DNA from: Eledone cirrhosa
Taxonomy: Eukaryota
Direction: 5' to 3'
DNA: 64,000 nt
Assembly (NCBI GenBank): GCA_964016885.1
Contig: OZ024740.1
Span: 82,150,001 to 82,214,000, forward strand
Positions 27,670-44,164 of this stretch are shown one piece after another. The position numbers were made by a program, and so were the translations under genes. The notes beneath the pieces were generated by a model that was not told the DNA's origin, did not search any database, and saw only the letters and a list, made by a program, of their open reading frames with translations. Numbering within the stretch: the first letter of the stretch is position 1; every line of letters starts with the position of its first letter.

Positions 27670-28715
27670 ATATTTATCGTTGCTTCTGTCCATATATAAA
27701 TACAAGTTCATGCGAAATAGATACTGAAAAGTGAATTATTTACTTGTAATATTGCTGCTTTTAGTTTGTAATCACTTTCAATTCATCGGAACCATATCTG
27801 TTTATGGACCTGAAGACTGAGAGAAATTAGTAAATAATGGACTGCACTGAAAGGGGAATCGAAAAAAGTGAATCCAAACGTGGTCGTGTCACCTTTCTCC
27901 TATAACTGATTTCCAGCTAGTTCAATAGATTATTGTTTTTCGTTGAAGGGATGGCAAATATTACTCTCTGCTACTACATTGAAAAACGTTAGAACTGAGG
28001 AAATCACAGGAGTCTTGAATAATATACAATTTGCTATGAAAATAATGAGAAGAGAGAAATCCGTTTGAAAAAAAAAAGACGACATTGCCTGTCACATATT
28101 TGAATCTAAGTACTCAATATACAGCGTGTGTACGGGAATATATAAAAGAGTCATACCGAATGATTCCTCTCTTTTCTCTTAGAGCTGCACACTGTGGCGG
28201 ACGTCGTTCTATGTCTGCCCATGCAGGCTTCTTTTTACTTCTTTCCACGTTGTATTTCTTTATAGATTCTGTAATTGTCTTCAAAACTCTAGTCCCGAGT
28301 GTTCTATATTCGTATCACAACCGTCCAATCCATTATAATATACCATGTATATATTTTCAATGTCCGAATCCGCCCAACTTATAGGTTTGTCCATCTGTCC
28401 GTCTCCAGTACTTCTACTCAATCTCTCGTGCTTTTCATCTGTTTTAAACGAAAACTTCCTAATTTACAAACGCTGCCGTGGTAGGTAGAAATTTCCGTTT
28501 GCCGGAAAACACTGCCTAATGAAAGACAGTGTGTTTAGATGAGTCCGTGGAGGAGAGGAATTTTTTTCTTGTGCACGTTATGTCAGTCAAATTCTTCACT
28601 TTTCTTTCGCCTATTTCTGCATTGTCTTGCCTCTTTGTATTATCTCGTACTGGTTTTGAATTTGGTTTATCATAGATTTTCAAAGCATCTATTACTCATC
28701 TCTCGAATTTTGATT

Positions 28716-28758
<43 letters not shown>

Positions 28759-28849
28759 TACTCTATATATATGCGTGTGTGTGTAAGTGTGTGCATGTGT
28801 GTGTTTTGTGTGTATGTTGTACGTGTGTGAGAGTTATATAATGAGTCCC

Positions 28850-28895
28850 CTCCCCATGCATTGAGTATGCCCATGGGTACTCAATGCATGGGGAG
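28850..28895. repeat. Near-perfect palindrome with 18-bp arms
   Basis: ctccccatgcattgagta-tgcccatggg-tactcaatgcatggggag. Confidence 0.9.
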
Positions 28896-29026
28896 ATGCA
28901 GAGATATGGCTATAGAGATATGTAAAACCCTCATTGTAGCACCAAGCGGATTTGGCATACCCGTGAAAAGGCTTCCTGAGCACACAAGGTGAAACTGCTT
29001 GAAACCGCGGAATGGATTTTTCATAT

Positions 29027-31720
<2,694 letters not shown>

Positions 31721-31914
31721 ATATATATATATATATAGTAAGAGAAGCAAAAAATTGCTTATTGTGATCCAGTTTTTGGTTAAGAAAGCCAGTTTCATGG
31801 ATGGTTTCAACGTACGGTTGGATAAAATCCTTCTCTTAATGCTTACGTCTGTTTTCTCTTTTATATATATATATATATATCTATTATTGTTTTTTTTTCT
31901 TTTTAGGAGCAATT

Positions 31915-32915
31915 TTGGAACAGAATAGAAAGAACTAGGAATAATGCTAATAGAATAAACTCATGGTATGATAGCAATAAATACCAGAGTGTAATGTTCA
32001 TCGATACAACCCCTAGAGGTGAATTAGCTTACACATTTAGAAGGGCCCTAGATAAACATAAACTCAATATTAAGATAGTAGAAAGACCAGGTACCTCCAT
32101 AAAAACACTTATTAGCAAGACATACCCTTTTCAAAGACCTCCCTGTATAGATAAAAATGTATAATCTGTAAATTAAGCCCCCATATTAACTGTAAAACTA
32201 GAAATGTAGTATATAGCATAAGATGTACTGAAGGACAATGTAGAGATACAAATATAGTGTACATAGGTGATACAGCTCGTAGTATAGAGGAACGGATAAA
32301 TGAACACTTGCGAGACCTTCAAGATAGTAAAGAATCATCTGTACTCTACCAACATGCTAAAATAGAACATAAGGGTAAATTAGAGAACATAGAAATAAAA
32401 ATAGAATCTACACGCAGAAAAGACGCAATGTTTAGACAAATCACAGAGGCAATAAACATGAATGAATTACAACCAAAATTAAATAGAAACTATGAGTGGA
32501 ACAGCAACATCACAACTTACAATTAAGGACAGAATGAAAACACACACGTACATAAAACAAACAACCAGCCAGTAACATGTAAATAAACAAATAAATAATA
32601 ATATAAACACACACAGACACCCGGATGTAACACATGCGCAAACTAAGCACACAACACACACACAAAAACAAGATGGCGTAGGACAGAACAAAGGAGAGGC
32701 ACAAAAAACAAAGAAAAGAATCCCGAGTCACTGAAGAGGTCACATAATGTGTGACGAAAGAACTTTGAGAACATATAAACAACCATCTGGTTGTGTAACC
32801 AACCAACCGACCGGAAATTTATAAATTCCTAAATTTATAAGTTTATTATAATAAATTGAAGTGAAAGCGACTGGTGCGTGTGTTTCTTATTGGCAACATG
32901 ACCCTCCCAAAGTAT

Positions 32916-32920
<5 letters not shown>
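31915..32920 (+). mobile_element. 3' part of a second Penelope-like family (Neptune-like: Cys-rich linker + GIY-YIG) with hammerhead core at 32731-32759
   Basis: KIVERPGTSIKTLISK..CKTRNVVYSIRC..VYIGDTARSIEERINEH..YQHAKIEH..RQITEAI..PKLNRNYEW; ends in (TA)n. Confidence 0.8.
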
Positions 32921-32984
<64 letters not shown>

Positions 32985-33457
32985 TATAAAGAAAAAAGAT
33001 TGTTTCAGTAGAAAATGTTGAAGAGATTTTTATCAATGAGATATAAAAACATTAATTTATTTACAGTACCGGTTTCAGCATTAAATGCATTGTCAATTGC
33101 GGATATGCAGAATATTGTTAAATTGCATATTTGTACAAATAGTGATAATAATAATAATAATTAAAAAAATCAAAATAAAAAGGGGAAGAAAAAATTAGTT
33201 TTCTAATCCATGTTCATTCAGAGAAGAGAGGTCATTTCTCTGTCCATTCTACTCTGCTTTTAACTTGGTTGTGGCTGGTAGTAGTAGGGGGTAGAGGGAG
33301 GTTGGGGAGGAGGAGAGGAAGGAGGAGTGTTGGCAGGCTGCTGCGAGAAGCCCTTTGAGAAATGAACCAAGTTCCACGTGAAAGGAGTAAGGAGTATGAC
33401 TTTGTAGATATATTTATCTTCGAACGAGTATTTTTAAGAACAGTTGAAAATACCTGG

Positions 33458-33564
<107 letters not shown>

Positions 33565-33576
33565 CCTATATACATA

Positions 33577-33945
33577 TGTAGAGGTTATATTTAATTTGTT
33601 GGGATACAACAAGCAAAATATTTTTATAACTGATATAAGCACTCAACAAATTATTGGAGTAAATATACAATATGTTAACAAATGGAAACGATATTTATAA
33701 AACCATATTTATTTCATTATACATATTTCAAGGGCCACCAAGGCAAATTATGGTGTGCTTTCATCAGATAAAATATAATATAGTTTAGTTTTATAAATAA
33801 ATATTGACATACCCTGAAAAAATGCAACATTCAGGGTTGGATTCTCCTGGATGAAAGCGCACCATAATTTAGCTTGGTGGCCCTTGAAATATGTATAATG
33901 AAATAAATATTGTTTTATAAATATAGTTTCCATTTGTTAATATAT
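33577..33945. mobile_element. Minimal foldback PLE insertion (inverted pLTR + pLTR tip only), same family as 29217-31720
   Basis: 33577-33812 ~ 29217-29450; 33851-33943 is the inverse of 33668-33764; (TA)n on both sides. Confidence 0.8.
33712..33773 (-). ncRNA. Minimal type I hammerhead ribozyme
   Basis: UUUUAU-CUGAUGA-AAG.CACCA..UGGUG.CUU-GAAA-UAUGU-AUA-AUGAAA; stem I pairs with one G-U. Confidence 0.7.
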
Positions 33946-33951
33946 TATATA

Positions 33952-34025
<74 letters not shown>

Positions 34026-34184
34026 CGAAACATAAGTCAATTGCAAGAACTCATAATCCTTTATTTACTGCTATATATATATTTCGATGATAATCCATTG
34101 AATGGCTATTACCTCATCAGGAATTTAGTCAGTTCTTAGATATGCCAGCTCTGTGTTTATAGTGTTGATGATATCAGAGCCTTG

Positions 34185-34237
<53 letters not shown>

Positions 34238-34243
34238 TATAGA

Positions 34244-34647
34244 AGTGGTCGCACAACAGTTAGTTCACAGTACCGAGAACACTTGTTTCACTTTAGCGGA
34301 TCCTCTGCTCGTAATGGACATGATTATACGGAACAGGAAGGACAACCGTACGAATGCGCATGCGCAGAAACGATCACTCCACACAGGCAATACTAAAGGC
34401 GTGCAAGAGGTGTAAGGGAAATAACTGCGAAAGTCCGAAAAAATGTCTAGTTGATAAGAAAATTAGGATGTTGTTGTAATTCAATCCGAAGCTTTGTAAT
34501 TACGTAAGAGGTGTTTCGAGACATGTGGACAACGTGTGAATAATTCATTTCTCATGTTTAGGCAATCGCTATTGCATAATCACTTTAGAAAGTCGTCCCA
34601 TGGACTGAGTGCTCTACCACTACGGATATTACCTTCCACTGTCCTAC

Positions 34648-34651
<4 letters not shown>
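34244..34651. mobile_element. ~410-bp non-coding element with short AGTGG...CCACT inverted termini in (TA)n
   Basis: Both termini shared with 20302-20381; TA tracts on both sides. Confidence 0.6.
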
Positions 34652-34705
<54 letters not shown>

Positions 34706-34726
34706 TTATATATATATATATATATA

Positions 34727-34797
<71 letters not shown>

Positions 34798-34811
34798 ATT
34801 TATATATGAAA

Positions 34812-34925
34812 AGATTCAGACCCCGACGGCTGAGCTCTGGCCGTCTCTACAGCTAGATCCGAACTCCGACAGTTAGAATCTAGCTGTCGAAACGGCTGGA
34901 GCTCAGCCGTTGCGGTCCTGAATCT
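34812..34925. repeat. GC-rich 114-nt imperfect foldback (MITE-like hairpin)
   Basis: agattcagaccccgacggctgagctctggccgtctctacagctagat.. pairs with ..atctagctgtcgaaacggctggagctcagccgttgcggtcctgaatct. Confidence 0.8.
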
Positions 34926-35044
34926 GTTCATGTTACCCACTCAACTACCCCACCTATCGAATACTCTGGTGGGATATGGTCTACCTGGTATCTTACCACA
35001 CCCATTCTGATACACACATACACACACACACACACAGACACACA

Positions 35045-35103
<59 letters not shown>

Positions 35104-35113
35104 ACACACACAG

Positions 35114-35195
<82 letters not shown>

Positions 35196-36176
35196 ATGTG
35201 TAGATGGATGGATCAGTGATATATTGTAAATTACTATTAAACATGGCAAATAGGTGAAGGCTCCTGCTAAGAATCAAAACCTGCAAATCAGGTGAGGTCC
35301 GAATACGTTTTCTGTTGTTTCATAGTTCAACCAGTTTTCATTTACATGTTTATCACTAGCGCAAAATCTATAAACTTGTTTTTTTTTTTGTTTTTCTTAT
35401 GTCAGAACCGCTTTATCATTGAATTTAACACTGCCATTATTCCGAGAGAGCTGATGTAAGATCGTTTGCAAAAACCATTGCTCAATTCGTCTGTCTTCAA
35501 CGCTCTTAGTTTGGTTTTCACAATTACTTTTTGTAGGGATCAACAATTCTTAACATCTAATTCGGAACGATCGTATTTCAAATTTTTAATTTTCCTTATA
35601 AATCTTTCGTCACAGCTTTCTTTGAACTACTTGCTACGGGCTTAAAATATGCTAAAATCATAACATTAGTCTTTCATACTCTACTCTGATATTGGAAAAA
35701 TCCGAATTTCTATATTTTGCAGCACTGTTGCTTATTTCGTTGCATTTCCCTGTCTTTTTTCTCAATTATTTCAAATATTTACATTATATAAAGTTTAAAT
35801 ATATATGTTTATATTATGAGTATGTGAATTTGGAACTAATATTAATATGCTGAATGCAACTGAAATCTTAACAGGAATACCTGTATGTATAAATCAAGTT
35901 ATATACAAATTATATTCAAATTATGACAATATTCTATAACCTAACGTAATATATATCATTATAACGATTATTTATACTGTAATTTTACAATTGATATCAA
36001 CGTACACAGAATATGTTCTAATATTAATGGTTGGGTGACTTTTCCACATTAGAATGTCTTCTGTATTGAAGTGTTGATAAATGTTAGGAATGCAATTATT
36101 GGTCATGCAAGATATAATGAACGACATTTTAAGTAGTCTTCAGAAATAATTCTTTGAGGTATGAGTTACACAATAC

Positions 36177-36268
36177 GTAACTCGTGTTCGATAAATTGAT
36201 TGAATAATGGAAGGTGTTGCATGTGGAAGTGGACACAAATGATCGGGGTCAATTTCGCTGACGATAAC
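36177..36268 (-). CDS. Candidate host exon (VIVSEIDPDHLCPLPHATPSIIQSIYRTR); 3' end uncertain
   Basis: ctaat..tgtcattgtcAG acceptor, open frame, phase 0 compatible with the exon at 37190. Confidence 0.3.
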
Positions 36269-36732
36269 CTGACAATGACAGATTAGAGTAATTATAAAGT
36301 AATCTAAAAGCCATTTAATTATGTGCCTATGATGTCTACTATGTATAATTAAAAACAACGGAAAACTGTTTTTCTGTTTCGTGGTAAGGAATAGACGTTG
36401 CTTGTTGCATTTTGAAAAGAAAAATGAAGTGTATAGTTAAAATGAGGGGTTGTGTTTTATAATCGAACATTGCACAATGAATTCCTTGATAGTCATTACA
36501 AACTGTAGGGTATATTGATGCAGACTAGAACCTGAATAATCAAATCTAGCTTACGTGAATAATTGTATACAAATATATATGTACTACAGTGCAATATACG
36601 CTTCATGGTTCAAATAACTCTGTAGTTTAGTAGAATAATCTTTATGAGATAAAATGATATATGATAAATTATCGTCTCGTGAAAAAGTGATATTGATATT
36701 TGCATACTGACAAACACACTGACACACCACAG

Positions 36733-36778
<46 letters not shown>

Positions 36779-36781
<3 letters not shown>

Positions 36782-36876
36782 TTGTTTCTACTTTAGGCAC
36801 AAGGCCAGCAATTACCCAGTACACTATTGGTACTTTATTTTATCGACCCCGTAAGGATGAAAGGCAAAGTTAACCT
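36779..36876 (-). mobile_element. 5'-truncated SINE (Meta-like family)
   Basis: Matches 7219-7312. Confidence 0.85.
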
Positions 36877-36924
36877 TACATGAGACTACCATTATATATA
36901 CATATAATGGTAATCTCATGTAAG
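36875..36924. repeat. Near-perfect palindrome at the SINE truncation point
   Basis: 23-bp arms with one mismatch, 4-nt loop. Confidence 0.9.
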
Positions 36925-37189
36925 AAATAAATTGAAATCTAGGTAGCAACATTATAAATAATAAAAAAAGAAATTACATAATACAAAATCCACTCTTAAA
37001 GAAAGACTTTCATAAAACAATATTACCAATACGAGTGGCATACGGTGTCGGATTTAGACCTTGGGGTGTTTGGAGCACTCAGGTTTGGGAGCGCCTCATT
37101 CAAAAAACATAGAATACACAGCAAACCGTCAATTTTACATATCAATGTCAGCTTGTCACTATGAATTGGAATTGAAAAGTTATACATAC

Positions 37190-37326
37190 AGGTATTAAAT
37201 TAAAAAAATCTGCCCATCCTAAAACTAAAACAGCCAGCAGAGAGCCCAAATAAATTGCGATGGCCGTCGCTGATATGGACCTCCAATACAGAATGCCTTC
37301 TGTGCTCCCCATTAAATCCAGCTTAG
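37190..37326 (-). CDS. Candidate host exon encoding a transmembrane segment
   Basis: LDLMGSTEGILYWRSISATAIAIYLGSLLAVLVLGWADFFNLIP followed by GTATGT donor; GC-richer than flanks; acceptor weak. Confidence 0.35.
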
Positions 37327-38043
37327 CTTGCACATAACGAACAAAACATATTTGATGATTAAAAGTAATATAATACACAATTGGAGATGCTAGTTCGAGC
37401 ATTATTTTAGACAGTGGATATACGTTCTATTTGAATTCGATTCCTATCTATACTTAGAATTTCCTGTCATTTATGGCAGAAACAGCTTTAATTTATCACA
37501 AGTCTATTTATGCGATTAGCTTATTATTATAACAAATGAAGAACTCTTTAGTAAGTATAACACTGTTGTACAACTTAAATTCGACAGAATTTGTATCTTG
37601 AGCAGTTGCTTGCTAACTGTGTTGTTATGCCTGGATGAGAAAAGTCATATGACAAACATACGGGGCCATTTGAAAACCAAATAATTGGAGTGTAGCTATG
37701 AAGAAGGTGTATTATAATCTATCTCTTCTGTTTCTCTATAGTACCATGTTTTTAAAATAAAAAAAAAAAGATTTTAATATATTTAAAATTTGTTAATACT
37801 GTTAGCATTTATATGCTCATAGTTTTCATATGTTTCTTCCGCCTTTGCTATCTTTTCTCATATAAATGTTGATACTTATGCTCACTTCCATATGTATCAT
37901 CCTAATGTTCTTATGACAAACTTCTGATATTATATTTGTGTTTTAATCTTTATTTATATTCCGATAAATCCGGCCTTGTTCTAGGACGAAACGATCGTAA
38001 TTGATTAAATGCTTTAAACAATCTTTGATTGTTATTTATAAAG

Positions 38044-38107
<64 letters not shown>

Positions 38108-39493
38108 TAAATTAGCGAGAATCGTATTTCGGCTATTGGAAATTAGCGAAAAACAAGTTCCGAGATGTGGAGCAAGCGCTCCATAGAAGCTAATGAACTA
38201 GAGCTACAACATAAGTTAAAAGGCCAAACACACTTAGACGATGGTTAAACCATTATCCGCACAGCCATAGAATCGACCAAGTAATTCGGATCAAGCAAAC
38301 ACAATATGATTGAAAAATTATGATTGAAAAAAAATATATATATATATATAACTATATAACTATATATATATATAACTATATTAAGATAGAGAAATATCTT
38401 GTATTTGCTTATTTCAACATTCATCGTAAGTAACTTCTTACCCATTATAACCATTATCCCCTTTAACATCCTCGTGATCGTAATTATCGTGTATATATGT
38501 GACGTTGTATTTGGATTATTTCACTGTAAAGCAGGCTGATATAATAAATCATGTAGTAATTGTAGTGTTGCCTATATATACTGGACGATAAATATAGTTA
38601 ACGTCTATTGATCCATTCTGTTCCCAACAAATATCGCACTACGTTGGCTGAGACCATTTCCATCTTAAACGAAAATGCCGCTGCAAATCCTTTTCTAAAG
38701 GCTCCTCACAATGCCAATTCTAAGGGTACAACAGAGAAATCGACTCGCGTAGGTGATGATTACGTTCTATATTGAAAAAATGGAAGGGAAGCAATTGAGA
38801 CATTGAGTTAAACTGTATTCCACATGACATTGTATTGCTTTAAACAATGTAAGAAATGGAATATTAAGTAGAAAAAAGAAACACTAAATACAATTGCTTT
38901 TCCTCTTTAATATCTGATTACACAGTTAATTAAAATAATATAGTACACAGGAGAGTTGCCGTGACATGTTAGAATAATTCTCTTTTTAATATGTACATAT
39001 TTTACCGTCCTTATAATATGGAAAATGTACTATAATACGAAAAGACAACAACATTTAATTACACACTGTAATTATAACAAACCAATTAATTCTACTCATG
39101 AATTTTTAAAGAATGTTAAAACCAACATCAGCAATATTTGAAAAAGGAATAACATCAATTCTAGCCAACAATGAAAGAAAATACAGAATTGGGATGATTT
39201 CTGTAATTAAAATAGAGCCTCTCTAATCCTACTATTATTTACTATCGATGGAATCTTGTGCAATAATAATAAAATGGGCAAAGTATAGTTTTGAATATTT
39301 CAGAAAACTACAATTTGTGCCGAAACACGGATTGTTAGTTGATATAAATTGTTACACTAAATTACATTAGATAAAACGAATTATAGATTATTCTCTTCTC
39401 TCTCACCGTCTATCTCTCCTCCCTCTCTCTATCAATCCCTTGTTTCCTATTGTCTGCTACCTCTCAACTCATTATTCCATTGTCTTCTAAGTA

Positions 39494-39541
39494 TCTCTTC
39501 CGAGCAGTTAATACATTAATGTATTAACTGCTCGGAAGAGA
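39494..39541. repeat. Perfect 48-bp palindrome with no spacer
   Basis: tctcttccgagcagttaatacatt|aatgtattaactgctcggaagaga. Confidence 0.95.
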
Positions 39542-40074
39542 CCCTTCCTGGAGCTTAATTATTGTAAATGACTGAGAGTTTATTCTCAAAATATAATATA
39601 ATGTATTGCTCCTTTATTGTATGAGCTGATCCTTAATCCTGCATAAGCGGCTGTTATTTCTAGCACCGTGAATGTGGGATAGCTAGTTTTGGCCTGCCTA
39701 CCCACGTGTAGTCAGTCCTGAAAAATTGTTGATGTGTGATAAACTAATCTTACTGGATTCCTGTTGATAAGCACAGACGATTTGTGTATTTCACTCTTTT
39801 ATTTCTATTCCATTTCGATTCTCTTTATTTTTCAATTCACATTCCACCGTTGCGAAACTTATTTGGGTTTCGAGGTTCAAATTCGTCTACAGACCAGGTT
39901 TGAATTTTGAAATTTAAATATGTCCAGGAATCATGGCTGTTGCCAATATAATATTGTCTTTATTGACTTATATCGAGACAGACAAATTGTATTCACTTTT
40001 ATTAGTTTATTTCATTAATAGCTAACTTTGTCTGTTGCAATGTAAACACATTTCGTGTTTATCGTACACTTTAA

Positions 40075-40133
<59 letters not shown>

Positions 40134-40317
40134 GGTTATAGAGTTAGTTTTGTTACTCTTTATTTATCTCCATGTTATAAACAGACAAATCACCAGAGTA
40201 GCAAGACTCACTCTTTAACCTCAATAAAATGAATATTAACATTTTACTTCGGGATTGAGTACACTTTTCCCTCAGACTTCAACGATATACGGATACACAC
40301 AGACACACTTACATAAT

Positions 40318-40349
<32 letters not shown>

Positions 40350-40369
40350 GTACATATATATGTATGTGT

Positions 40370-40985
40370 GTGTCCGTGTATGAGTTTCCGAAGAACCCGT
40401 TAATGGTGAAAGCAGCGGTTCTTTGCTTAAACTTTAATTTGTTATTTTAATATATATATATATATATTTATAAAAATAATATATAAATATATATTATTTT
40501 AATAAATAAATATATATATATATGTATATATATAAATGGAAAAAATTAAATTTCATTTCTCACTCTTAGTACGGCGGATACTTAAATATAAGCATGTATA
40601 CGTACATACATATATGTATACAGACGTACAGTAGTATGTATATACATACATACATGCATATATATATATATATCTGTGCATGTATGTATGTATATACATA
40701 CTACTGTACGTCTGTATACATATATATGTATGTACGTATACATACTTATATTTGTATATATATATCTATGTATATATTAAAATAACAGATATGTCAATAT
40801 TTATAAAACAAACTTTGTATTTTATCTGATGAGGGCATACCAAAGTTTAGTACACTTCAAATATATATAATATCATTGTTTATAGATATATATATATTTA
40901 TTTATTAAAATAACAGACTACAGTTTAAGCAAAGAATCGCTGCTTTCACCCTTAACGGCATCTTCTGAAACTGACACACATACAG
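40370..40985. repeat. Nested inverted repeats with hammerhead-like remnants (PLE ends)
   Basis: 40375-40455 is the inverse of 40900-40980; ~160-bp foldback 40590-40748; ctgatga remnant at 40826. Confidence 0.7.
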
Positions 40986-41009
40986 AAGATCCAGTTAATG
41001 GTGAAAGAA

Positions 41010-41110
41010 GCTGCGACCGCGAGATAGTATTAGCAATTGGGAAAACCAACGGAAACATTGTTTCCTCTATCTGATTTGACGAAAGTCGATCGACAGATTA
41101 AATTGTTATT
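41010..41110 (+). mobile_element. 3' fragment of the CORE-like SINE family
   Basis: tgcgaccgcgagatagtattagcaatt..accaacggaaa..gaaagtcgatcga matches the inverse of 25305-25385. Confidence 0.7.
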
Positions 41111-41259
41111 ATTATATAAATATATATATATTAAAATAACAGATTAAAATTATTTTAATAAATGTTTGCTCTATGGTTCTTATATATTTGATATATATTT
41201 ATCCTTTCGATCCCTTTTTGGATTTTTGTCTTCACATTTATTATTATTACTATATATAT

Positions 41260-41310
<51 letters not shown>

Positions 41311-41311
41311 T

Positions 41312-44164
41312 TACTATAGAAATTTTAACAAACTATAAAGTAGGTGAACATTTTAAACAAACTAAACTTAGAAAATTGTAAAAAAAAGTACAGTATAAAA
41401 TCAACATGCGACATAGACATGCTGATAGAAATAATCAAGCAAAAAGTGTCGGACAAAGCTGCTCGTATAAGGCGCTTTGAAAAATGATCTAGATTCTATA
41501 AGGACAATAATATGTTCAAAACCAAAGAAACTTCTACAGAAAAATTGGTAAGTCAACAATAACTGCTAAATCAATACCACCCAAGGAGGAAGTGCAAGAA
41601 TTCTGGGAAAAGATCTGGGCCGAAGAAAAAGTTCATAACATACATGCCCCAGGGATAGACGGACAGATGAAAGATACAGCTCACCTTGAGGAACAAATAT
41701 GGGAAAATATAACAGTTGAACAGTGGCGCTTGGCTCTAAGAAAAACCAGCAAATGGAAATCCCCAGGAAAAGACAAAATACAAAACTTTTGGATAAATGC
41801 CTTCACAGAGTCTCATGAGCTGTTAGCCCAACTTTACAATGAAATAGTTAAGGAGCCAGAAAAGATACCATCATGGCTAGTTAACGGCATTACATTCCTG
41901 CTTCCGAAGAATGATGAGACAAACAATCCCAAAAATTACAGACCGATAACTTGCTTGACCACAATGTATAACATTTTAACATCAGTCCATACTGAATACA
42001 CATATGACCACCTGATAACAAATGACCTATTTCCCATTGAGCAGAAAGGGTGTCAATGAGGATCATATGGCTGTAAGGATCAGCTTCTGGTTAACAATAT
42101 GATACTGGAAGATTGTCATAATAGACACAACAATCTATCGATTGTTTGGATAGATTATAAAAAAGCATTCGATAGTTTGCCACACAGTTGGATTGAAAAA
42201 TGTTTAGAGATTTTCAAAATATCCCCCGTTGTCAGGAGGTTTTTGTCATTCAGTATGAAGACATGGAAAACGACACTCCTTTTGAATAGTGAAACAAAAT
42301 CACTGGAAGCTGGAGAAGTTAATATTAATTGTGGAATGTTTCAGGGTGACTCTTTATCAGCGCTTTTATTGTGCATCGCACTTATACCATTAAGTAAAAT
42401 GCTCAATGAAACAAAACATGGATATAAAGTTTATGACAAAACCATTAATCACCTGTTCTACATGGATGACCTGAAACTATTTGCAAAAAATGATGAACAA
42501 TTGCAAGGGCTATTATCCACTGTGGAGCAGTTCAGTGATGACATTAAAATGGAGTTTGGACTAGATAAATGCGCCAAAGCAACGTTCACCAGAGGAAAGC
42601 TACTGAAGAGTTTAGACATTAATCTTGATCGGGGGAATGTGATAAGAGAACTTGATCAAGAAAAAACTTACAAATATCTAGGTGTTTGTGAAGGAGACGG
42701 AATCAAGCACTCGACAATGAGGGAAAGGATAAGGAAGGAATGTTACCGCAGAGTAAGAGCAATCTTAAGAACGGAATTGAATGCAAGGAATAGGATCGAT
42801 GCCATAAACACGCTTGCCATACCAGTAGTAAACTACAGTCACAATGTCATCAACTGGTCAAGCACAGAGATCCGTAGGCTCGATACAAAAATTCGAAAAT
42901 TCTTAACCATGCAGAGAATGCATGACCCTAAGGCAGATATAGATAGAATATATCTCCCTAGGAAAGAAGGAGGACGTGGGTTAGTCCAGTTAGACATTGC
43001 GTTGAAAACTGCAACAATTGGATTATCTACATATCTAAGGGAATCACATGATTGGATGATCAAACTCGTTTTGAAACACGAAAGCATCAAAAGATCATAT
43101 TCCATTACAAAAGATGCACAATGATGCAGTAATGGACTACAAATTTCAGAAGTCCCATTTACTGCTGAAATGGAAAACACAGAAAAAGCAAAGCAGGTAA
43201 AAGTAACTGCAAAGAAAGAACTGCTACAGAAACTGGCTAAGAAATGGCAAGAAAAGCCTCTGTATGGAAAATACCCAGAGCGAGCTAACAATCCTGATGT
43301 TGACAAAACTTTAACCCATCAGTGGTTGGCATCCTCTGGACTGAAATCGGAGACTGAAGGACTGATTATATCAGCACAAGATCAGTGTCTGCCAACAACA
43401 AATTACCAAGCCAACATAATAAAAAATGGATGCAGCCCATTATGCCGTGTATGCAAAAAACAACCAGAGACCATTGACCATATAATTTCAATGTGCAGAC
43501 CTATAGCTCCAACCGAATACCTAAACAGGCATGACAGAGCTGCACAATACATACATTGGATAATGTGTAAGCATTTTGACCTGCCCCATCAAAAGAATTG
43601 GTGGGATCATCAACCACCTCCCATACTTGAAAAAGATCACATCTCAATCTTGTAGAACTTTAGCATCCAAACAGACCGAAAAATAGATGCAAATAGACCT
43701 GATATAACATTGAAGGACTTTAAAAAGAGGGTATGCCTGCTAATTGATATGTCCGTTCCAATAGACAAGAATGTATCTATAAAAACATTTGAAAAATTGA
43801 GCAAGTATAAGGACCTGGAGATAGAAATTGGAAACATGTGGAAATTGAGAACTAAAACAATACCAGTGGTTGTAGGCGCTCTGGGAATGATACCTAAGGG
43901 GTCTATTGATTACTTATCGCAAATCCCAGGAAACCCGCGTATAGGAGAAATACAAAAGATAGTACTAATGGGAACTGCCCATATACTAAGGAAGATTCTG
44001 TCAATATAAGTACATCACAAGTCTAAACACTAAAGATGCATGTGTCAGTATGTATGTTCTTTCTTGAACATGGCGGACCTTGTTGTCTCTTGAGGTCACT
44101 GGTTGTGACTTGGTGATAACTCGTATGAACATAAAGCCATATAAATGCAACTGTAATAATAATA
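41312..44164 (+). mobile_element. R4/Dong-clade retrotransposon family B (distinct from A), 5'-truncated
   Basis: WKSPGKD, NYRPITCL, DYKKAFDSLPH, FQGDSLS, HLFYMDDLKL, CRVC..HIISMC, RHD, RPD..LIDMSVP; (AAT)n 41264-41310 upstream and TAA tail. Confidence 0.92.

Noticed and set aside
38640-38768. Minus-strand exon after a good acceptor (ttttttcaatatag)
   Set aside because: Stops in all three frames
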